A stretch of 64,000 nt of DNA from an uncultured Atribacterota bacterium (GCA_964636625.1 CAZWUL010000001.1:20534-84533), one strand, 5' to 3'; shown: positions 52,689 to 64,000, numbered from the stretch's first letter. Notes: generated by a model from the letters alone, not told the origin. Program-made: numbers and translations.

Positions 52689-54131
52689 CTATAATATGTA
52701 TTTACTTAAATCTTCTTTTTGAATTACATTTTGCAATCTTGTTTTTACATATTTTTTAGTAATAATTATTTTTCGTTTCCCAATTTTAGGAGCATTAAAT
52801 GAAATACGTTCTAGCAATTTTTCAAGTATGGTGTATAACCGTCTTGCGCCTATATTTTCATTCTGTTCATTAACAATTACAGCCATTCTTGCTAATTCCC
52901 TAATAGCATCCTCCTGAAATTCTAATTGAATTCCTTCAGTTCTTAAAAGTGCCTCATATTGTTTTATCAGCGAATTATCTGGCTCTATTAAAATTCTTTC
53001 CAAATCCTCTTGCCTTAAATTGTCTAATTCTACTCTTAATGGAAATCTCCCTTGTAATTCGGGAATTAAATCTGAGGGCTTTGAAGAATTAAAGGCACCT
53101 GCGGCAATAAATAGGATATGATCAGTTTTTATGATTCCATATTTTGTTATGACTGAGGAGCCCTCAATGATTGGCAGGATATCTCTTTGAACACCACTCC
53201 TGGAAACATCAGGTCCATATGATTTTTCGCTCATAGCAATTTTATCAATTTCGTCAATAAAAACAATACCCAGTTCTTCAGCTCTTTTAATAGCTTCTCT
53301 TGCTATTTTATTTGAGTCTAACATTTTTTCAATCTCATCGTCCAGGAGAACTTTTCTTGCATCCAATATTTTTATTTTTTGCCTTTTTTTCTTGCTTGGC
53401 AACATTCTATCCATGATATCTTTAAAATTAATCCCAATCCCCTCCATACCCATATTTGAAAACAGATCTAAAGAGGACTGTTCTTTTTCTTCAATTTCGA
53501 TATCTATTATTTTATCTTCAAATTGCCCTTTTCTCAGTCTTTCCCTTAGTTTTTCTTTCGTATTATAAAATCTTTCCTGTTGCAAATCTTTACTATTGAA
53601 ATCATGATTAATTACTTTATCCTGGGGATTGTCATTTTTAATACTGGATTGAGATTTATTGTAATCTATTGGCGCTTCATCTTTTATTTCATCATGTTTA
53701 ATACTTGGGAAAAGGGCTTTCAATATACGCTCTTCTACTTTTTCTTCAGCTTTTTCTTGTATTTGGTCAATATTTTCAGCGCGAACAAGCTGAATCGATA
53801 CTTGCACTAAATCTCTTATCATCGAATCAACATCTTTGCCAACATAACCTACTTCAGTAAATTTCGTTGCCTCTACTTTTATAAATGGTGCTTTTACAAT
53901 TTTTGCCAGCCTTCGGGCTATTTCTGTTTTACCCACACCTGTTGAACCTATCATTATAATATTCTTGGGAGTCACTTCATCGATTAATTTTTTAGGTAAT
54001 TTTTTCCTTCTTATCCTATTTCTTAAGGCAATTGCTACAGTTTCTTTTGCCTTTTTTTGTCCAATGATATATTTATCTAATTCTGAAACAATTTCAGTTG
54101 GCATTAAATCTTTTAGCATAATTACCTCCAT
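52689..54131 (-). CDS. hslU: ATP-dependent protease ATPase subunit HslU
   Basis: AAA+ Walker A GSTGVGKTEIARRLAK and an I-domain insertion, 480 aa. Confidence 0.92.
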   Translation of the reverse strand: MEVIMLKDLMPTEIVSELDKYIIGQKKAKETVAIALRNRIRRKKLPKKLIDEVTPKNIIMIGSTGVGKTEIARRLAKIVKAPFIKVEATKFTEVGYVGKDVDSMIRDLVQVSIQLVRAENIDQIQEKAEEKVEERILKALFPSIKHDEIKDEAPIDYNKSQSSIKNDNPQDKVINHDFNSKDLQQERFYNTKEKLRERLRKGQFEDKIIDIEIEEKEQSSLDLFSNMGMEGIGINFKDIMDRMLPSKKKRQKIKILDARKVLLDDEIEKMLDSNKIAREAIKRAEELGIVFIDEIDKIAMSEKSYGPDVSRSGVQRDILPIIEGSSVITKYGIIKTDHILFIAAGAFNSSKPSDLIPELQGRFPLRVELDNLRQEDLERILIEPDNSLIKQYEALLRTEGIQLEFQEDAIRELARMAVIVNEQNENIGARRLYTILEKLLERISFNAPKIGKRKIIITKKYVKTRLQNVIQKEDLSKYIL

Positions 54132-54664
54132 TAACTTTTTAGTGATTCTACTGCAATATAGTCATTTGTATAAATACAGATTGAGGCTGTAATCTTTAAT
54201 GATTTCAGGGCTATTTCGGAAGCAGATAATTCAGTGAAACCAAGTAAGGCCTGTGCTGATGCTAAAGCATAAGATCCACCAGAGCCAATTGCTGCAACTG
54301 GTTTATCAGGCTCTATAATATCACCATTTCCAGATATAGTGAACATATCTTGCAAGTCGGCCACAATCAGCAATGCCTCTAACCTTCTTAGTACTTTATC
54401 AGTTCTCCAATCTTTAGCCAGTTCAATTGATGCTCTTTTAAGATTTCCCTGGAATTCTTCCAATTTGTTTTCAAATCTTTCGTATAAAGTAAGCGCATCA
54501 GCTGCCCCTCCTGCGAAACCAGTTAACACTTTTCCATGGTATAGTTTCCTTATTTTTTTAGCTTCGTTTTTAGCAATAGTATCTCCCATTGTAATTTGGC
54601 CGTCCCCGGCAATAGCAATTTCATCTTTTCGTCTAACAGCCAGAATTGTTGTCCCTCTATACAT
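54131..54664 (-). CDS. hslV: ATP-dependent protease subunit HslV
   Basis: N-terminal Thr ([10 protein letters not shown]) proteasome-like fold, 177 aa. Confidence 0.92.
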   Translation of the reverse strand: MYRGTTILAVRRKDEIAIAGDGQITMGDTIAKNEAKKIRKLYHGKVLTGFAGGAADALTLYERFENKLEEFQGNLKRASIELAKDWRTDKVLRRLEALLIVADLQDMFTISGNGDIIEPDKPVAAIGSGGSYALASAQALLGFTELSASEIALKSLKITASICIYTNDYIAVESLKS

Positions 54665-54793
54665 AATATTTCAATCTCCTTTAATCAATTATGTAATTAT
54701 TATGTTCATTATTTTTATAACATTGTTATGATAAATTTTAATATACACAGAACACAAATACCTTTGATTGCATCAAAACATCTTCGAAAAGAA

Positions 54794-55720
54794 TCATTTT
54801 CTTGGAATAGTTTTTTTATATGTTTTTATTAAACTATCTTTGGTAATATGAGTATATATTTGTGTTGTAGACAAACTTTCATGTCCGAGCAATTCTTGCA
54901 CCGATCTTAAATCAGCACCACCATTTAATAAATGGGTTGCAAAAGTATGTCTAAAAACATGCGGGCTGATTTTTTTGTTAAGACAGGCAATTTTAATATA
55001 CTTATTAATAATTCTTCGAATACTTCTAGCTGAAAGCCTTGTCCCAATATTATTAATAAATAATGCTTTATCTGATATTAATTGCCGATAGTTAACATTT
55101 GGAATTTGCTTTCTGTATACTAAATAGTTTTCTATTGCCTTTTTAACCGGATCGCTAAAAGGTACTATTCTTTCTTTAGAACCCTTGCCAAGAACTCTTA
55201 TCGTATTATCTTGAAAACTTATATCATTTATATTTATATCAGAAAGCTCTGTAACTCTCATTCCGGTTCCATACAATAATTCTATAATCGCTTTATCCCT
55301 TTTAGAAGTAGGGTTATTTGCTTTGAAAGACTGAATTAGCTTGATTATTTCTTCATAAAACAAGAAATCTGGCAATCTTTTTTTTACTTTAGGGATTTGC
55401 ACATATTCTGCTGGATTGCTATTAATTAATTCCTGTTGCATTAAATATTTAAAAAACACTCTAAAAGAAGATATTTTCCTTGCTATTGTCCTATCAGCAT
55501 ATCGTTTTTGCTTTAAAAAAACAACATATTTTCTTATAAGCAGGCAATCTATCAAGGAAAAGTCAGCAATCTTGTTAATATTATTGAGGTATAAGAATAA
55601 ATCTTCTAAGTCCCTTAAATATGCATTGATAGTGTTGTAAGAGAAGTTCTTTCTTTCTTCCAAATATTTTCTATAATTATTTAATTGATTTTGCACTATT
55701 AATTTTTTATTTTTACTCAT
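54794..55720 (-). CDS. xerC: Tyrosine recombinase XerC (CodV-like)
   Basis: Catalytic R...HxxR...Y (HVFRHTFATHLL...TQIYTH), 308 aa. Neighbourhood topA-xerC-hslVU as in the B. subtilis codV operon. Confidence 0.85.
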   Translation of the reverse strand: MSKNKKLIVQNQLNNYRKYLEERKNFSYNTINAYLRDLEDLFLYLNNINKIADFSLIDCLLIRKYVVFLKQKRYADRTIARKISSFRVFFKYLMQQELINSNPAEYVQIPKVKKRLPDFLFYEEIIKLIQSFKANNPTSKRDKAIIELLYGTGMRVTELSDININDISFQDNTIRVLGKGSKERIVPFSDPVKKAIENYLVYRKQIPNVNYRQLISDKALFINNIGTRLSARSIRRIINKYIKIACLNKKISPHVFRHTFATHLLNGGADLRSVQELLGHESLSTTQIYTHITKDSLIKTYKKTIPRK

Positions 55721-57815
55721 TTTTATCTGGCCTTTTGCGATAATCGCATTCCTTCGAGCTACATTTATAAAAAACGCCTTTTTTCTTGTTATCTATTTTA
55801 ACCAAAATAGACCCGCATTTGGGGCATGTTTCATTAATGGGTTTATTCATTGAATAAAAACTACATTTTGGATAATTACTGCAACCATAAAATACTCTTC
55901 CTTTTTTACTTTTACGTTTTATGATTTCACCACCACAACCTTTAATCGGACAGGAAACGCCGATTCTAATCATATAAGGTTTCGTAGGATGTTGCACTGA
56001 ACTAACTGAACAAGCCAGATATTTTCCGTAAGGCCCATTTTTTATTTCCATCTTATTTCCACAAACTGAACATTTTTCTTCAGTTAGTTCTTTAGTTTGT
56101 TCAATTAACTTTTTGGGTGGATTTTGGTTTAATTTATTTATGTCCTGCAGCAATGGCTGATAAAAAATATCCAATATTTTTTGCCAATTATCTTCTCCCG
56201 ATTCAATTTTATCTAGCTTGCTTTCCATGTTAGCAGTAAATTTTACATTGATAATGTTGGAGAAGTATTTCATCAAAAATTCATCAACTACAAATCCTAA
56301 TTTAGTTGGGAAAAATCTTTTATTTTCCTTTTCTACATAATTACGGGTTTGTATTTTGTCAATAATCACTGCATAAGTGCTTGGTCTTCCTATGCCCTCT
56401 TTTTCTAGAACCTTTACTAGGCTTGCTTCATTATATCTTGCCGGGGGCTTTGTAAATGACTGCTTGGAATCCAATTTGATTAGTGATAAGCATTCACCAA
56501 TCTCTAGATTTGGTAACATTTTCTTTTCAATGTCATTATCTTTCAATATTTTTAAATATCCTGGGAATAATATTTTTGTACCATTTAATTCAAAAATGTA
56601 TGTTTTTGCATTTATCTTGACATTACTTCTTTCGAGCAAGGCTGATTTCATCTGGCTTGCAATAAAATATTTCCAGATTAATTGATAAAGTTTAAACTGA
56701 TCTGGTGACAGGCTTTCCTTTATTAGTTCAGGATATAGGTCAATAGATGTTGGTCTTATTGCCTCATGTGCATCCTGCACTTTCGAATTATTTTTTACTT
56801 TTTTGTTTTTAATAATTTTACCGGATGAAACATATTCTTTTCCAAAATTATTTATTATATATTTTCTGGCATTATTTTTTGCCTCTTCAGAAATTCTATT
56901 AGAGTCTGTTCTCATATAAGTAATCAATCCCAGAGTGCCACAACCCGGTATAGAGATGCCTTCATATAATTGCTGGGCAACACGCATAGTGCGTTTTACA
57001 GAAAAATTTAGTTTATTATATGACATCTGCTGTAATGTACTTGTTTTGAATGGGAATGGAGGATGCTTATATTCTTTTCTTTTTTTTATATCAGACACAA
57101 TAAACTGATAGCTTTTGATTTCATCACAAAGAGTTTCAGCTTGCTCCTGATTTCTGATTTCTATTTTTTTATCTTTCTTTGATACTAACAAAGCCTCAAA
57201 GGATTTTTCATTATTTCCATTTTTCTTTAATAAAATAGCATTTATTTTCCAATACTCTTCAGGCTTGAAAGCCTCAATCTCTTTTTCTCTTTTTACAATT
57301 AAATGCACTGCAACAGACTGTACCCTTCCGGCACTTTTCCCCCGGGCGAACTTATAGCATAATGGGCTAACTTTATATCCTACTAACCGGTCGAGTAACC
57401 TTCGTGCAATCTGGGCATCAACAACATTCATGTCAATTTTTCTGGGATATTTGATAGAATAAAGAATGATATCTTTAGTTATCTCATTAAATACAATTCG
57501 ACATTTATGTTGTTCTAAGTTTAATTCATTAGCAATATGCCAGGCAATTGCTTCTCCCTCTCGGTCAGGATCGGTTGCAATTAAGATGGTTTCCTTTCCT
57601 TCAGCCATCTGTTTTAGTTTTTTAATCATTTGACGTTTAGCTGGAACAATTATCCAGGTAGGCTCGAAATGGTTATCTGTATTTATTCCTAATCTGGATT
57701 TCGGTAAATCTTTAATATGTCCCTTGCTTGAAGTAATCTGATAACCTTCTCCCAGCATTGCTTTCAACACTCTTTCCTTGGTGGGAGATTCTACAATTAT
57801 AAGGTTTTTGCTCAT
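55713..57815 (-). CDS. topA: DNA topoisomerase I
   Basis: Toprim and topo IA core plus C-terminal Cys4 zinc ribbons, 700 aa. Confidence 0.93.
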   Translation of the reverse strand: MSKNLIIVESPTKERVLKAMLGEGYQITSSKGHIKDLPKSRLGINTDNHFEPTWIIVPAKRQMIKKLKQMAEGKETILIATDPDREGEAIAWHIANELNLEQHKCRIVFNEITKDIILYSIKYPRKIDMNVVDAQIARRLLDRLVGYKVSPLCYKFARGKSAGRVQSVAVHLIVKREKEIEAFKPEEYWKINAILLKKNGNNEKSFEALLVSKKDKKIEIRNQEQAETLCDEIKSYQFIVSDIKKRKEYKHPPFPFKTSTLQQMSYNKLNFSVKRTMRVAQQLYEGISIPGCGTLGLITYMRTDSNRISEEAKNNARKYIINNFGKEYVSSGKIIKNKKVKNNSKVQDAHEAIRPTSIDLYPELIKESLSPDQFKLYQLIWKYFIASQMKSALLERSNVKINAKTYIFELNGTKILFPGYLKILKDNDIEKKMLPNLEIGECLSLIKLDSKQSFTKPPARYNEASLVKVLEKEGIGRPSTYAVIIDKIQTRNYVEKENKRFFPTKLGFVVDEFLMKYFSNIINVKFTANMESKLDKIESGEDNWQKILDIFYQPLLQDINKLNQNPPKKLIEQTKELTEEKCSVCGNKMEIKNGPYGKYLACSVSSVQHPTKPYMIRIGVSCPIKGCGGEIIKRKSKKGRVFYGCSNYPKCSFYSMNKPINETCPKCGSILVKIDNKKKGVFYKCSSKECDYRKRPDKNE

Positions 57816-57859
57816 GTTTTATTTTCCTATACCAATAATATTCTAATAAATAAAAATAT

Positions 57860-58453
57860 TTATTTATCAGGGATAATTTTGTTTTCTTTTTTATTTATTA
57901 ACCTATTAATATTAGAGCCATGCCTGATGATTGCAAATAAAAGAATTATAATAACAAATATTTTGAATTCAAAAGGCGTCTGGAACAAAAAACTCAAGGC
58001 CGCCATTACAAAAATAGATACAATAGAGCCAAGTGCGGCAAATTTTGTTGCAATAACTATTAAGGCCCATATTATTGCTGAAATTATTGCAATTAATGGA
58101 TAAAAAGCCAGAACAACTCCATAGGTTGTTGCGATTCCTTTTCCACCTTTAAATTTTAAAAAAACAGACCAATTATGACCAATAATTGCAGAAATTCCAA
58201 CCAATAAAAAAAACCAAATCATTTCTGCGAAAAATAGTTTAGATAACATTACAGCAAGGTATCCTTTTATACAATCACCAATTAATACTAATAGGGCATA
58301 CTTTTTCCCCATTACCCTAAAGGCATTGGCGACCCCGATGTTACCACTTCCATATTTTCTTATATCTATTCCTTTTAAATACTTTCCAACCAGATATCCA
58401 AAAGGGATAGAGCCTATTAAATAACTGGACAAAATTAATAATATATGTATCAT
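57860..58453 (-). CDS. plsY: Glycerol-3-phosphate acyltransferase PlsY
   Basis: 197 aa multi-TM protein with the GSGNIGVAN motif. Confidence 0.9.
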   Translation of the reverse strand: MIHILLILSSYLIGSIPFGYLVGKYLKGIDIRKYGSGNIGVANAFRVMGKKYALLVLIGDCIKGYLAVMLSKLFFAEMIWFFLLVGISAIIGHNWSVFLKFKGGKGIATTYGVVLAFYPLIAIISAIIWALIVIATKFAALGSIVSIFVMAALSFLFQTPFEFKIFVIIILLFAIIRHGSNINRLINKKENKIIPDK

Positions 58454-58460
58454 TTCATTC

Positions 58461-59810
58461 TTACCGTTTATTTTTTTTATTTCTTTCGCTATAATAAAAC
58501 ACTATTGGAATGCCTTTAAAATTAAAATATTGTATAAACTTATTTTCAATATACCTTTGGTATGAATTATATAAAAGTTTAGGCTCATTTACAAATACTT
58601 TAAATGTTGGTGGTCTCACCTTTATCTGGGCTATATAATAGAAATGAAGTCTTCTGCCATTGATAATTTTTGGGGGATTTTGAATTGCTATTTTTTGTAA
58701 AAAATTATTCAACTCAGGAGTTGAAATCTTTTTACTATATTCATTATATAAATGTATAATTGCTTCTAAAATCCTATTTATATTTTTTTTTGGGCCAATT
58801 GCTATACTGGTCAGTATTTGAGTATCTTTTAGAAATTTTAATTCATGTCTGCTTATTTTTAATAATAAATCCTTATCAATCTCCTGGTTTTGGGCAAATA
58901 TGTCATATTTATTTAGCAAAACAATACAGGCCTTTTTTTCTTCCAGAATTCTTTCTGCCAGATGCTTATCCTGCATACTTATGTGTTGATTTGCATCTAA
59001 TACTAATAGTACAATATCTGACTTCTTGACACATTCCATTGTTCGGATATTACTAAAATATTCTATTTTTTCTTTGACATTTTTTTTTCTACGAAGCCCT
59101 GAAGTATCAATAAATTTTAATTGATATTTATCGAAATATAATGACGCTTCAATGGAATCACGGGTTGTCCCCGGAAAGTTATCGACAATTAGTCTTTCTT
59201 CGTTTAACAATGCATTCAATATGCTTGATTTACCCACATTTGGCTTTCCTATAATTGCAATATTTATTGAGAAATCGTCAACATCCTTGCTTTCCGTATT
59301 GCTTTTATTATTATTTGTAGTCATCCTGGTAATTCTGTCCAATAATTCTCCAATGTTTCTACCCTGTTCTGCTGATATAAACAGTGGACTTCCTAAACCG
59401 AGCTTGAAGAAATCTCCTGGAAAATAATTTTTATTTTTTATATCATTTTTGTTAACCACTAAAATTGTTTTTTTATTTTGCTTAAGAATATACTTGGCAA
59501 TATCAATATCATCATCTTGAATACCAGTTAGAACATCAAGCATAAGCAAAATAATATTAGATTCCATTATAGCTTTTTTTGATTGTTCGATTATTTTCCC
59601 CTGTACAGAGTCCATTTTTTTGTTGCGGTCAATTCCTCCGGTATCAATTAAAGTAAATTTCATACCTTCCCAGTCAAAGTCAGCATAATTCCTATCGCGA
59701 GTGATACCCTCTTCTCCAAGTACAATAGCTTTCCGATATCCAATCAAGCGATTGAATAAAGTCGACTTACCAGTATTTGTTTTTCCAATAATAGCAATTT
59801 TTATCGTCAT
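58461..59810 (-). CDS. der: GTPase Der (EngA)
   Basis: Two tandem GTPase domains (GKTNTGKST and GKPNVGKSS) plus a KH-like C-terminus. Confidence 0.93.
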   Translation of the reverse strand: MTIKIAIIGKTNTGKSTLFNRLIGYRKAIVLGEEGITRDRNYADFDWEGMKFTLIDTGGIDRNKKMDSVQGKIIEQSKKAIMESNIILLMLDVLTGIQDDDIDIAKYILKQNKKTILVVNKNDIKNKNYFPGDFFKLGLGSPLFISAEQGRNIGELLDRITRMTTNNNKSNTESKDVDDFSINIAIIGKPNVGKSSILNALLNEERLIVDNFPGTTRDSIEASLYFDKYQLKFIDTSGLRRKKNVKEKIEYFSNIRTMECVKKSDIVLLVLDANQHISMQDKHLAERILEEKKACIVLLNKYDIFAQNQEIDKDLLLKISRHELKFLKDTQILTSIAIGPKKNINRILEAIIHLYNEYSKKISTPELNNFLQKIAIQNPPKIINGRRLHFYYIAQIKVRPPTFKVFVNEPKLLYNSYQRYIENKFIQYFNFKGIPIVFYYSERNKKNKR

Positions 59811-59824
59811 AGTTTGCTCTATTT

Positions 59825-60487
59825 TTACAATATATTTTTTATCTTTTTAATAGTATCTTCTGGATTTTTTGATTTAAATATTTCAGAACCAACTACTAAT
59901 ATATTAGCCCCGGCATTCTTAACAGTTAATATATTCTCAAGATTAATCCCTCCGTCAACTTGAATATCAATATCTTTTTTATTCTCAATAACTATTTTTT
60001 TGGTAGCACGTATTTTTGCCAGCATTGCTGGAATAAATTTTTGACCGCCAAATCCTGGATTTACAGTCATAATAAGAATATTATTCAATTTATCTAAAAC
60101 ATATTTTATTGATTCTAATGAAGTAGAAGGGTTTAATGCCACACCTGCCTTTAGACCAGAATCGTGAATAAGTTGTAACGTACTGTCCAGGTGTTTACAA
60201 GCTTCTACATGAATGGTAAGACAGTCGCCTTTATTCATGGCCTGCGAAAAAGAATTGATATATCTTTCCGGGCTTTCAATCATTAGATGAACACTTAACG
60301 GGATTGAAGTGTTCATTTTAACAGTATTAACAATTACTGGTCCAAAGGAAATATTCGGTACAAAATTACCATCCATAATATCAAGATGTATTAAATCTAT
60401 TTTACTTTTTTTTAACATGGCAAGTACTTCTCTAAGACAAGAAAAATCGGCATTCAATATTGATGGAGCTAATATATTTTTTATCAT
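59825..60487 (-). CDS. rpe: Ribulose-phosphate 3-epimerase
   Basis: TIM barrel with HLDIMDG motif, 220 aa. Confidence 0.92.
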   Translation of the reverse strand: MIKNILAPSILNADFSCLREVLAMLKKSKIDLIHLDIMDGNFVPNISFGPVIVNTVKMNTSIPLSVHLMIESPERYINSFSQAMNKGDCLTIHVEACKHLDSTLQLIHDSGLKAGVALNPSTSLESIKYVLDKLNNILIMTVNPGFGGQKFIPAMLAKIRATKKIVIENKKDIDIQVDGGINLENILTVKNAGANILVVGSEIFKSKNPEDTIKKIKNIL

Positions 60488-60527
60488 AATAAATCCTACG
60501 CCCTTTTATTTTATTTTAAAAATAAAT

Positions 60528-62063
60528 TTACAATAAATCTTCCCTATCTAAACTTCTATACTGTATTGCTTCTGATAGGTGTGAAACATTAATATCTTCC
60601 GATTGTGACAGATCTGCAATTGTCCTTGCTAATTTCAATATTTTGTCATAAGCTCTAGCACTTAGTTTTAGTTTGTCCATAGCCTTATTTAAGAGGTTCT
60701 GTCCATCGTTAGTTATTTTACAATATCTTTCAATATTTCTTCGATTCATTTGTGAGTTACAATAAATATTTTTATTTTTAAATCGAACCTGTTGTATTTT
60801 TTTTGCTTTCTCTACCCTATATCTTATTATACTAGAATTGTCTCTATTCCCATTTCTGTTTGTCAATTCTCTATAATCCAATCTTGGTATCTCTATTTGT
60901 ATATCAATTCTATCTAAAAGAGGTCCTGATATTTTGGATTTATATTTTCTTATTTGATAAGCTGTACAAGTACATTGCTTCACAGGATCACCAAAAAACC
61001 CACATGGACATGGATTAGCTGCTGCTACTAACATAAAATTAGAAAGATAAGTTACAGACCTAAGTGTCCTGGATATTGTTACCTTCCCACTTTCTAAAGG
61101 CTGTCTAAGCGATTCTAAGGCAGAGCGATTGAATTCAGGTAATTCATCAAGAAATAATACCCCGTTATGAGCCATACTTATTTCCCCTGGTTTTGGAATA
61201 CGTCCACCACCGATTAAACCAATATTGCTAATTGTATGGTGAGGAGATCGAAAAGGTCTTCGTGTTATAAGAGGGTAATTTCTGTTTGATAGGTTTGAAA
61301 CACTATACAATCGGGTTATTTCTATTGACTCTCTAATAGATAGGGATGGTAGTATGGTTGGAATTCTTTTTGCCAGCATTGTTTTTCCAGAACCAGGTGG
61401 TCCTATCATTATTACATTGTGACTACCTGCAGCAGCAACTTCTATAGCTCTTTTAGCATGATTTTGTCCTTTAACATCTGTAAAATCTATTTGGTAATCA
61501 TCAATATTTTTTATTATTTCTTTTTTGTCAATGATAATGGGAGAAATATCTATTTCCTGGTTTAGAAATTTTACTACCTCTCTTAAATTAGAAACAGGAA
61601 AAATATTTATCCCATCTACAATGCCAGCTTCCATAGCATTATCCTCTGGTACGATTAAATTATTTATTCCCATTTTTTTAGCCATCAATGCTATTGATAG
61701 TATTCCATTGACTGGTCTAATTTGACCATTTAGAGACAACTCTCCAATTGTTATGTATTTTTTATATGAAAAAGATTTTAATTGGTTATTTGCTGATAAT
61801 ATACCGATAGCTATTGGTAAATCAAGGGCAGGCCCTTCTTTTTTAACATCAGCAGGAGCCAGGTTAACAGTTATTCTCTGCATGGGAAACTGGTATTCAG
61901 CATTTTTAATTGCAGCTCTTACCCTTTCTTTTGACTCCTGTACAGCGGTATCTGGCAGGCCCACAATATTGAAAGAAGGAAGTCCATTTGAAACATCTAT
62001 CTCTACCTCAACTAAAAATGCTTCCACTCCAAAAAGAGCAGTACTAAGAAGCTTAGAAATCAA
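60528..62063 (-). CDS. comM: YifB/ComM family Mg-chelatase-like AAA+ ATPase
   Basis: N-terminal Lon-like domain, Walker [10 protein letters not shown]-terminal Mg-chelatase domain, 511 aa. Confidence 0.88.
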   Translation of the reverse strand: MISKLLSTALFGVEAFLVEVEIDVSNGLPSFNIVGLPDTAVQESKERVRAAIKNAEYQFPMQRITVNLAPADVKKEGPALDLPIAIGILSANNQLKSFSYKKYITIGELSLNGQIRPVNGILSIALMAKKMGINNLIVPEDNAMEAGIVDGINIFPVSNLREVVKFLNQEIDISPIIIDKKEIIKNIDDYQIDFTDVKGQNHAKRAIEVAAAGSHNVIMIGPPGSGKTMLAKRIPTILPSLSIRESIEITRLYSVSNLSNRNYPLITRRPFRSPHHTISNIGLIGGGRIPKPGEISMAHNGVLFLDELPEFNRSALESLRQPLESGKVTISRTLRSVTYLSNFMLVAAANPCPCGFFGDPVKQCTCTAYQIRKYKSKISGPLLDRIDIQIEIPRLDYRELTNRNGNRDNSSIIRYRVEKAKKIQQVRFKNKNIYCNSQMNRRNIERYCKITNDGQNLLNKAMDKLKLSARAYDKILKLARTIADLSQSEDINVSHLSEAIQYRSLDREDLL

Positions 62064-62087
62064 TAGAACACCTACAATCTATTATTT

Positions 62088-62441
62088 TTATTGGGAAAAG
62101 GCATTTTTAATATGCCTTATCTTTTGTCTTGTATTTTTATTAAAATAGATAGAAATAACATCAAAACGAAACAATTTTTCTTTGATGTGTTTCTTCTTTA
62201 TATAAAACTGTGCAACCTTGATTATTTTATTCTTTTTCATTTTTGTAATTGCTTCCTCTGGAAGGCCATATATTTCAGTTTTTCTTGATTTTACTTCCAC
62301 AAAGCATATACAATTATTTTTCTCAGCAATGATGTCAATCTCACCGAAGGGAGCGCTAATATTCTTATCTAAAATATTGTAACCATTTTTTATTAAATAT
62401 TGAGCAGCTATTTCTTCTCCAATTTTTCCTATATTACTCAT
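62088..62441 (-). CDS. yraN: YraN family endonuclease (UPF0102)
   Basis: 117 aa, GEID...EVK nuclease-like motif pattern. Confidence 0.75.
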   Translation of the reverse strand: MSNIGKIGEEIAAQYLIKNGYNILDKNISAPFGEIDIIAEKNNCICFVEVKSRKTEIYGLPEEAITKMKKNKIIKVAQFYIKKKHIKEKLFRFDVISIYFNKNTRQKIRHIKNAFSQ

Positions 62442-63189
62442 TTATATATGCTTCATGCCAAAAAAGTGATTTCTGTTTATTTTTTTCAATTATAGTCTGT
62501 TCAGTTTTTACACCTCTAAAGGTTTTACGATGAATAGGGCTAATCCCATATTCTTTTATTGCGCTAATATGTTTTTTTGTCCCGTATCCGACATTTTTGT
62601 TAAACTCATAAAAAGGATATTTATTATGAAAATCAATCATAATATTATCACGGTAAACCTTGGCAATAATGGATGCTGCGGCAATTGAAACACTTTTATT
62701 ATCACCTTTAATAATATTGTCCTGGGGGATACTAATAAAAGGAATTTTAAAGCCGTCTATTAAAACATAATCTGGCGTTTTTTTTAAAGCGATAATTGCC
62801 CTTTTCATAGCTAAAAAGGTTGCTTGGGCTATATTTATTCTATCAATCAAATCAGGGTCTACTATTCCTAGTCCTATATCATCTGCTTTTTCTCTAATTA
62901 ATTCGAAAAGAGCATCTCTTTTACTTTTGCTTAATCTTTTTGAATCTTTTAGATGGCTTATATAGAACAAATCAATATTTTTTATAACAACAGCTGCAGC
63001 GACTACAGGACCTGCTAAAGCACCACGGCCCACCTCATCTATCCCAGCAATATAGGTATAACCACTTGAAAGGCATTTTTTTTCATAATATTTTAGTTTT
63101 TCGAGCCTTTTTCTTTCTTTGGATAAAAAATTAATTTTTTTTATCAAATAAATTATTTTTTTTTGTTTATATTGATTTTTTTTAAACAA
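62434..63189 (-). CDS. rnhB: Ribonuclease HII
   Basis: GIDEVGRGALAGPVV motif, 251 aa. Confidence 0.92.
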   Translation of the reverse strand: MFKKNQYKQKKIIYLIKKINFLSKERKRLEKLKYYEKKCLSSGYTYIAGIDEVGRGALAGPVVAAAVVIKNIDLFYISHLKDSKRLSKSKRDALFELIREKADDIGLGIVDPDLIDRINIAQATFLAMKRAIIALKKTPDYVLIDGFKIPFISIPQDNIIKGDNKSVSIAAASIIAKVYRDNIMIDFHNKYPFYEFNKNVGYGTKKHISAIKEYGISPIHRKTFRGVKTEQTIIEKNKQKSLFWHEAYINE

Positions 63190-63217
63190 ATTAAAAGATA
63201 GGATACATTTATAATTA

Positions 63218-63550
63218 TTAACTCATTAGTCCTTTTTGTCCTACTCTGTCTCTTAAATAATACAGTTTGGCCTTTCTTGTGGAACCTTTTTTGACCAGTT
63301 TTATTTTTTCAATATTTGGAGAGTTGATTGGAAATATTTTTTCTACTCCAATACCTTTTGTTACTTTTCTCACAGTTATAGTTTCTCTACTACCGCCATG
63401 TTTCTGGGCAATCAAAATACCCCTGAATACCTGTATCCTTTTTCGTTCTCCTTCGACAATTTTTTGATGCACTTCTATTAAATCACCAGGACTTGCTTCA
63501 AAAGTTTCTTTTTTTAAATTTTCTTTTTCAATATCCTTGATATAATCCAT
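63218..63550 (-). CDS. rplS: 50S ribosomal protein L19
   Basis: 110 aa with typical L19 sequence. Confidence 0.95.
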   Translation of the reverse strand: MDYIKDIEKENLKKETFEASPGDLIEVHQKIVEGERKRIQVFRGILIAQKHGGSRETITVRKVTKGIGVEKIFPINSPNIEKIKLVKKGSTRKAKLYYLRDRVGQKGLMS

Positions 63551-63570
63551 TATTTGCTCCCTTTCTTTTA

Positions 63571-64000
63571 CTATTCATCTGTTTTCAAATCTTTTAAAAT
63601 ATTTATTTCATCTTTGGTAAATTTTCTATTTACCAATAAGTCAGGTCTTTTAGTTATTGTTTCCAATAAAGACTGTCTTTTTCTCCAAGTTTCAATTTGT
63701 TTATGGTTGCCTGATAATAGGACTCCTGGCACTTTATACCCCCTAAAGCTTTCAGGCCTGGTATAATGAGGATAATCTAATAAGCCATTATAAAAAGAAT
63801 CATTAATTGCTGATTCCTCTTTTCCAAGAACTCCTGGAAGCATTCGAATAATAACGTCAACCATTACCATCGTTGGTATTTCTCCACCTGTTGTTACATA
63901 ATCACCAATTGATAATTCTTCTGCTTTTAATATCTGTCGAACGCGTTCATCAATTCCCTCATATCTTCCACAAATGAATATTAAATTTGATTTTTTTGAT
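63571..64000 (-). CDS. trmD: tRNA (guanine37-N1)-methyltransferase TrmD, C-terminal part (gene continues beyond window end)
   Basis: The reverse-strand translation continues to the window edge with SPOUT motif [10 protein letters not shown]...[10 protein letters not shown]. The C-terminal wHTH tail is present. Confidence 0.85.
   Translation of the reverse strand, partial: SKKSNLIFICGRYEGIDERVRQILKAEELSIGDYVTTGGEIPTMVMVDVIIRMLPGVLGKEESAINDSFYNGLLDYPHYTRPESFRGYKVPGVLLSGNHKQIETWRKRQSLLETITKRPDLLVNRKFTKDEINILKDLKTDE

Overview
This 64 kb window comes from a low-GC, Firmicutes-like chromosome with Bacillus/Clostridia-type gene order. Almost all of it is conserved housekeeping genes. The window splits cleanly in two. 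Every gene from 1 to 30127 is on the + strand: dnaK-dnaJ-mtaB, the nusA-ylxR-infB-DUF503-rbfA-nrnA-truB-ribF-rpsO-pnp cluster, dut, uppP, ftsK, a BMP-family ABC transporter operon, rodZ-like, a DUF4416-like gene, thpR, recA-recX, rny and miaB-miaA. Every gene from 30574 to the end is on the - strand: a TetR / Mth938-like / Memo-like / NHL-TPR cluster, plsC, tRNA-Arg(CCG), a nine-gene V/A-type ATPase operon, a GT2 glycosyltransferase, the ispG-rseP-dxr-cdsA-uppS-frr-pyrH-tsf-rpsB block, hslUV-xerC-topA, plsY, der, rpe, comM/yifB, yraN, rnhB, rplS and the start of trmD. In the 447-bp convergent gap there is a 28-bp sequence (30177..30204) that matches the B. subtilis dif site at 22 of 28 positions, with a near-perfect XerD arm. 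The most likely reading is that the window is centred on the replication terminus. No CRISPR arrays, transposons or phage genes were found. The items I think merit a second look are: the dif/terminus assignment; a TetR-controlled Mth938-like/Memo-like pair lacking its usual AmmeMemoRadiSam partners, next to an NHL-TPR membrane protein that carries a recent internal DNA duplication; a promoter plus intrinsic terminator in the nusA leader with no rimP; several intergenic hairpins (dnaK/dnaJ, rpsO/pnp, inside the ABC operon, after rny); candidate operator palindromes; a thpR whose conserved N-terminus is encoded without a canonical start codon; and Na+-type ligand residues in the V-ATPase K subunit.
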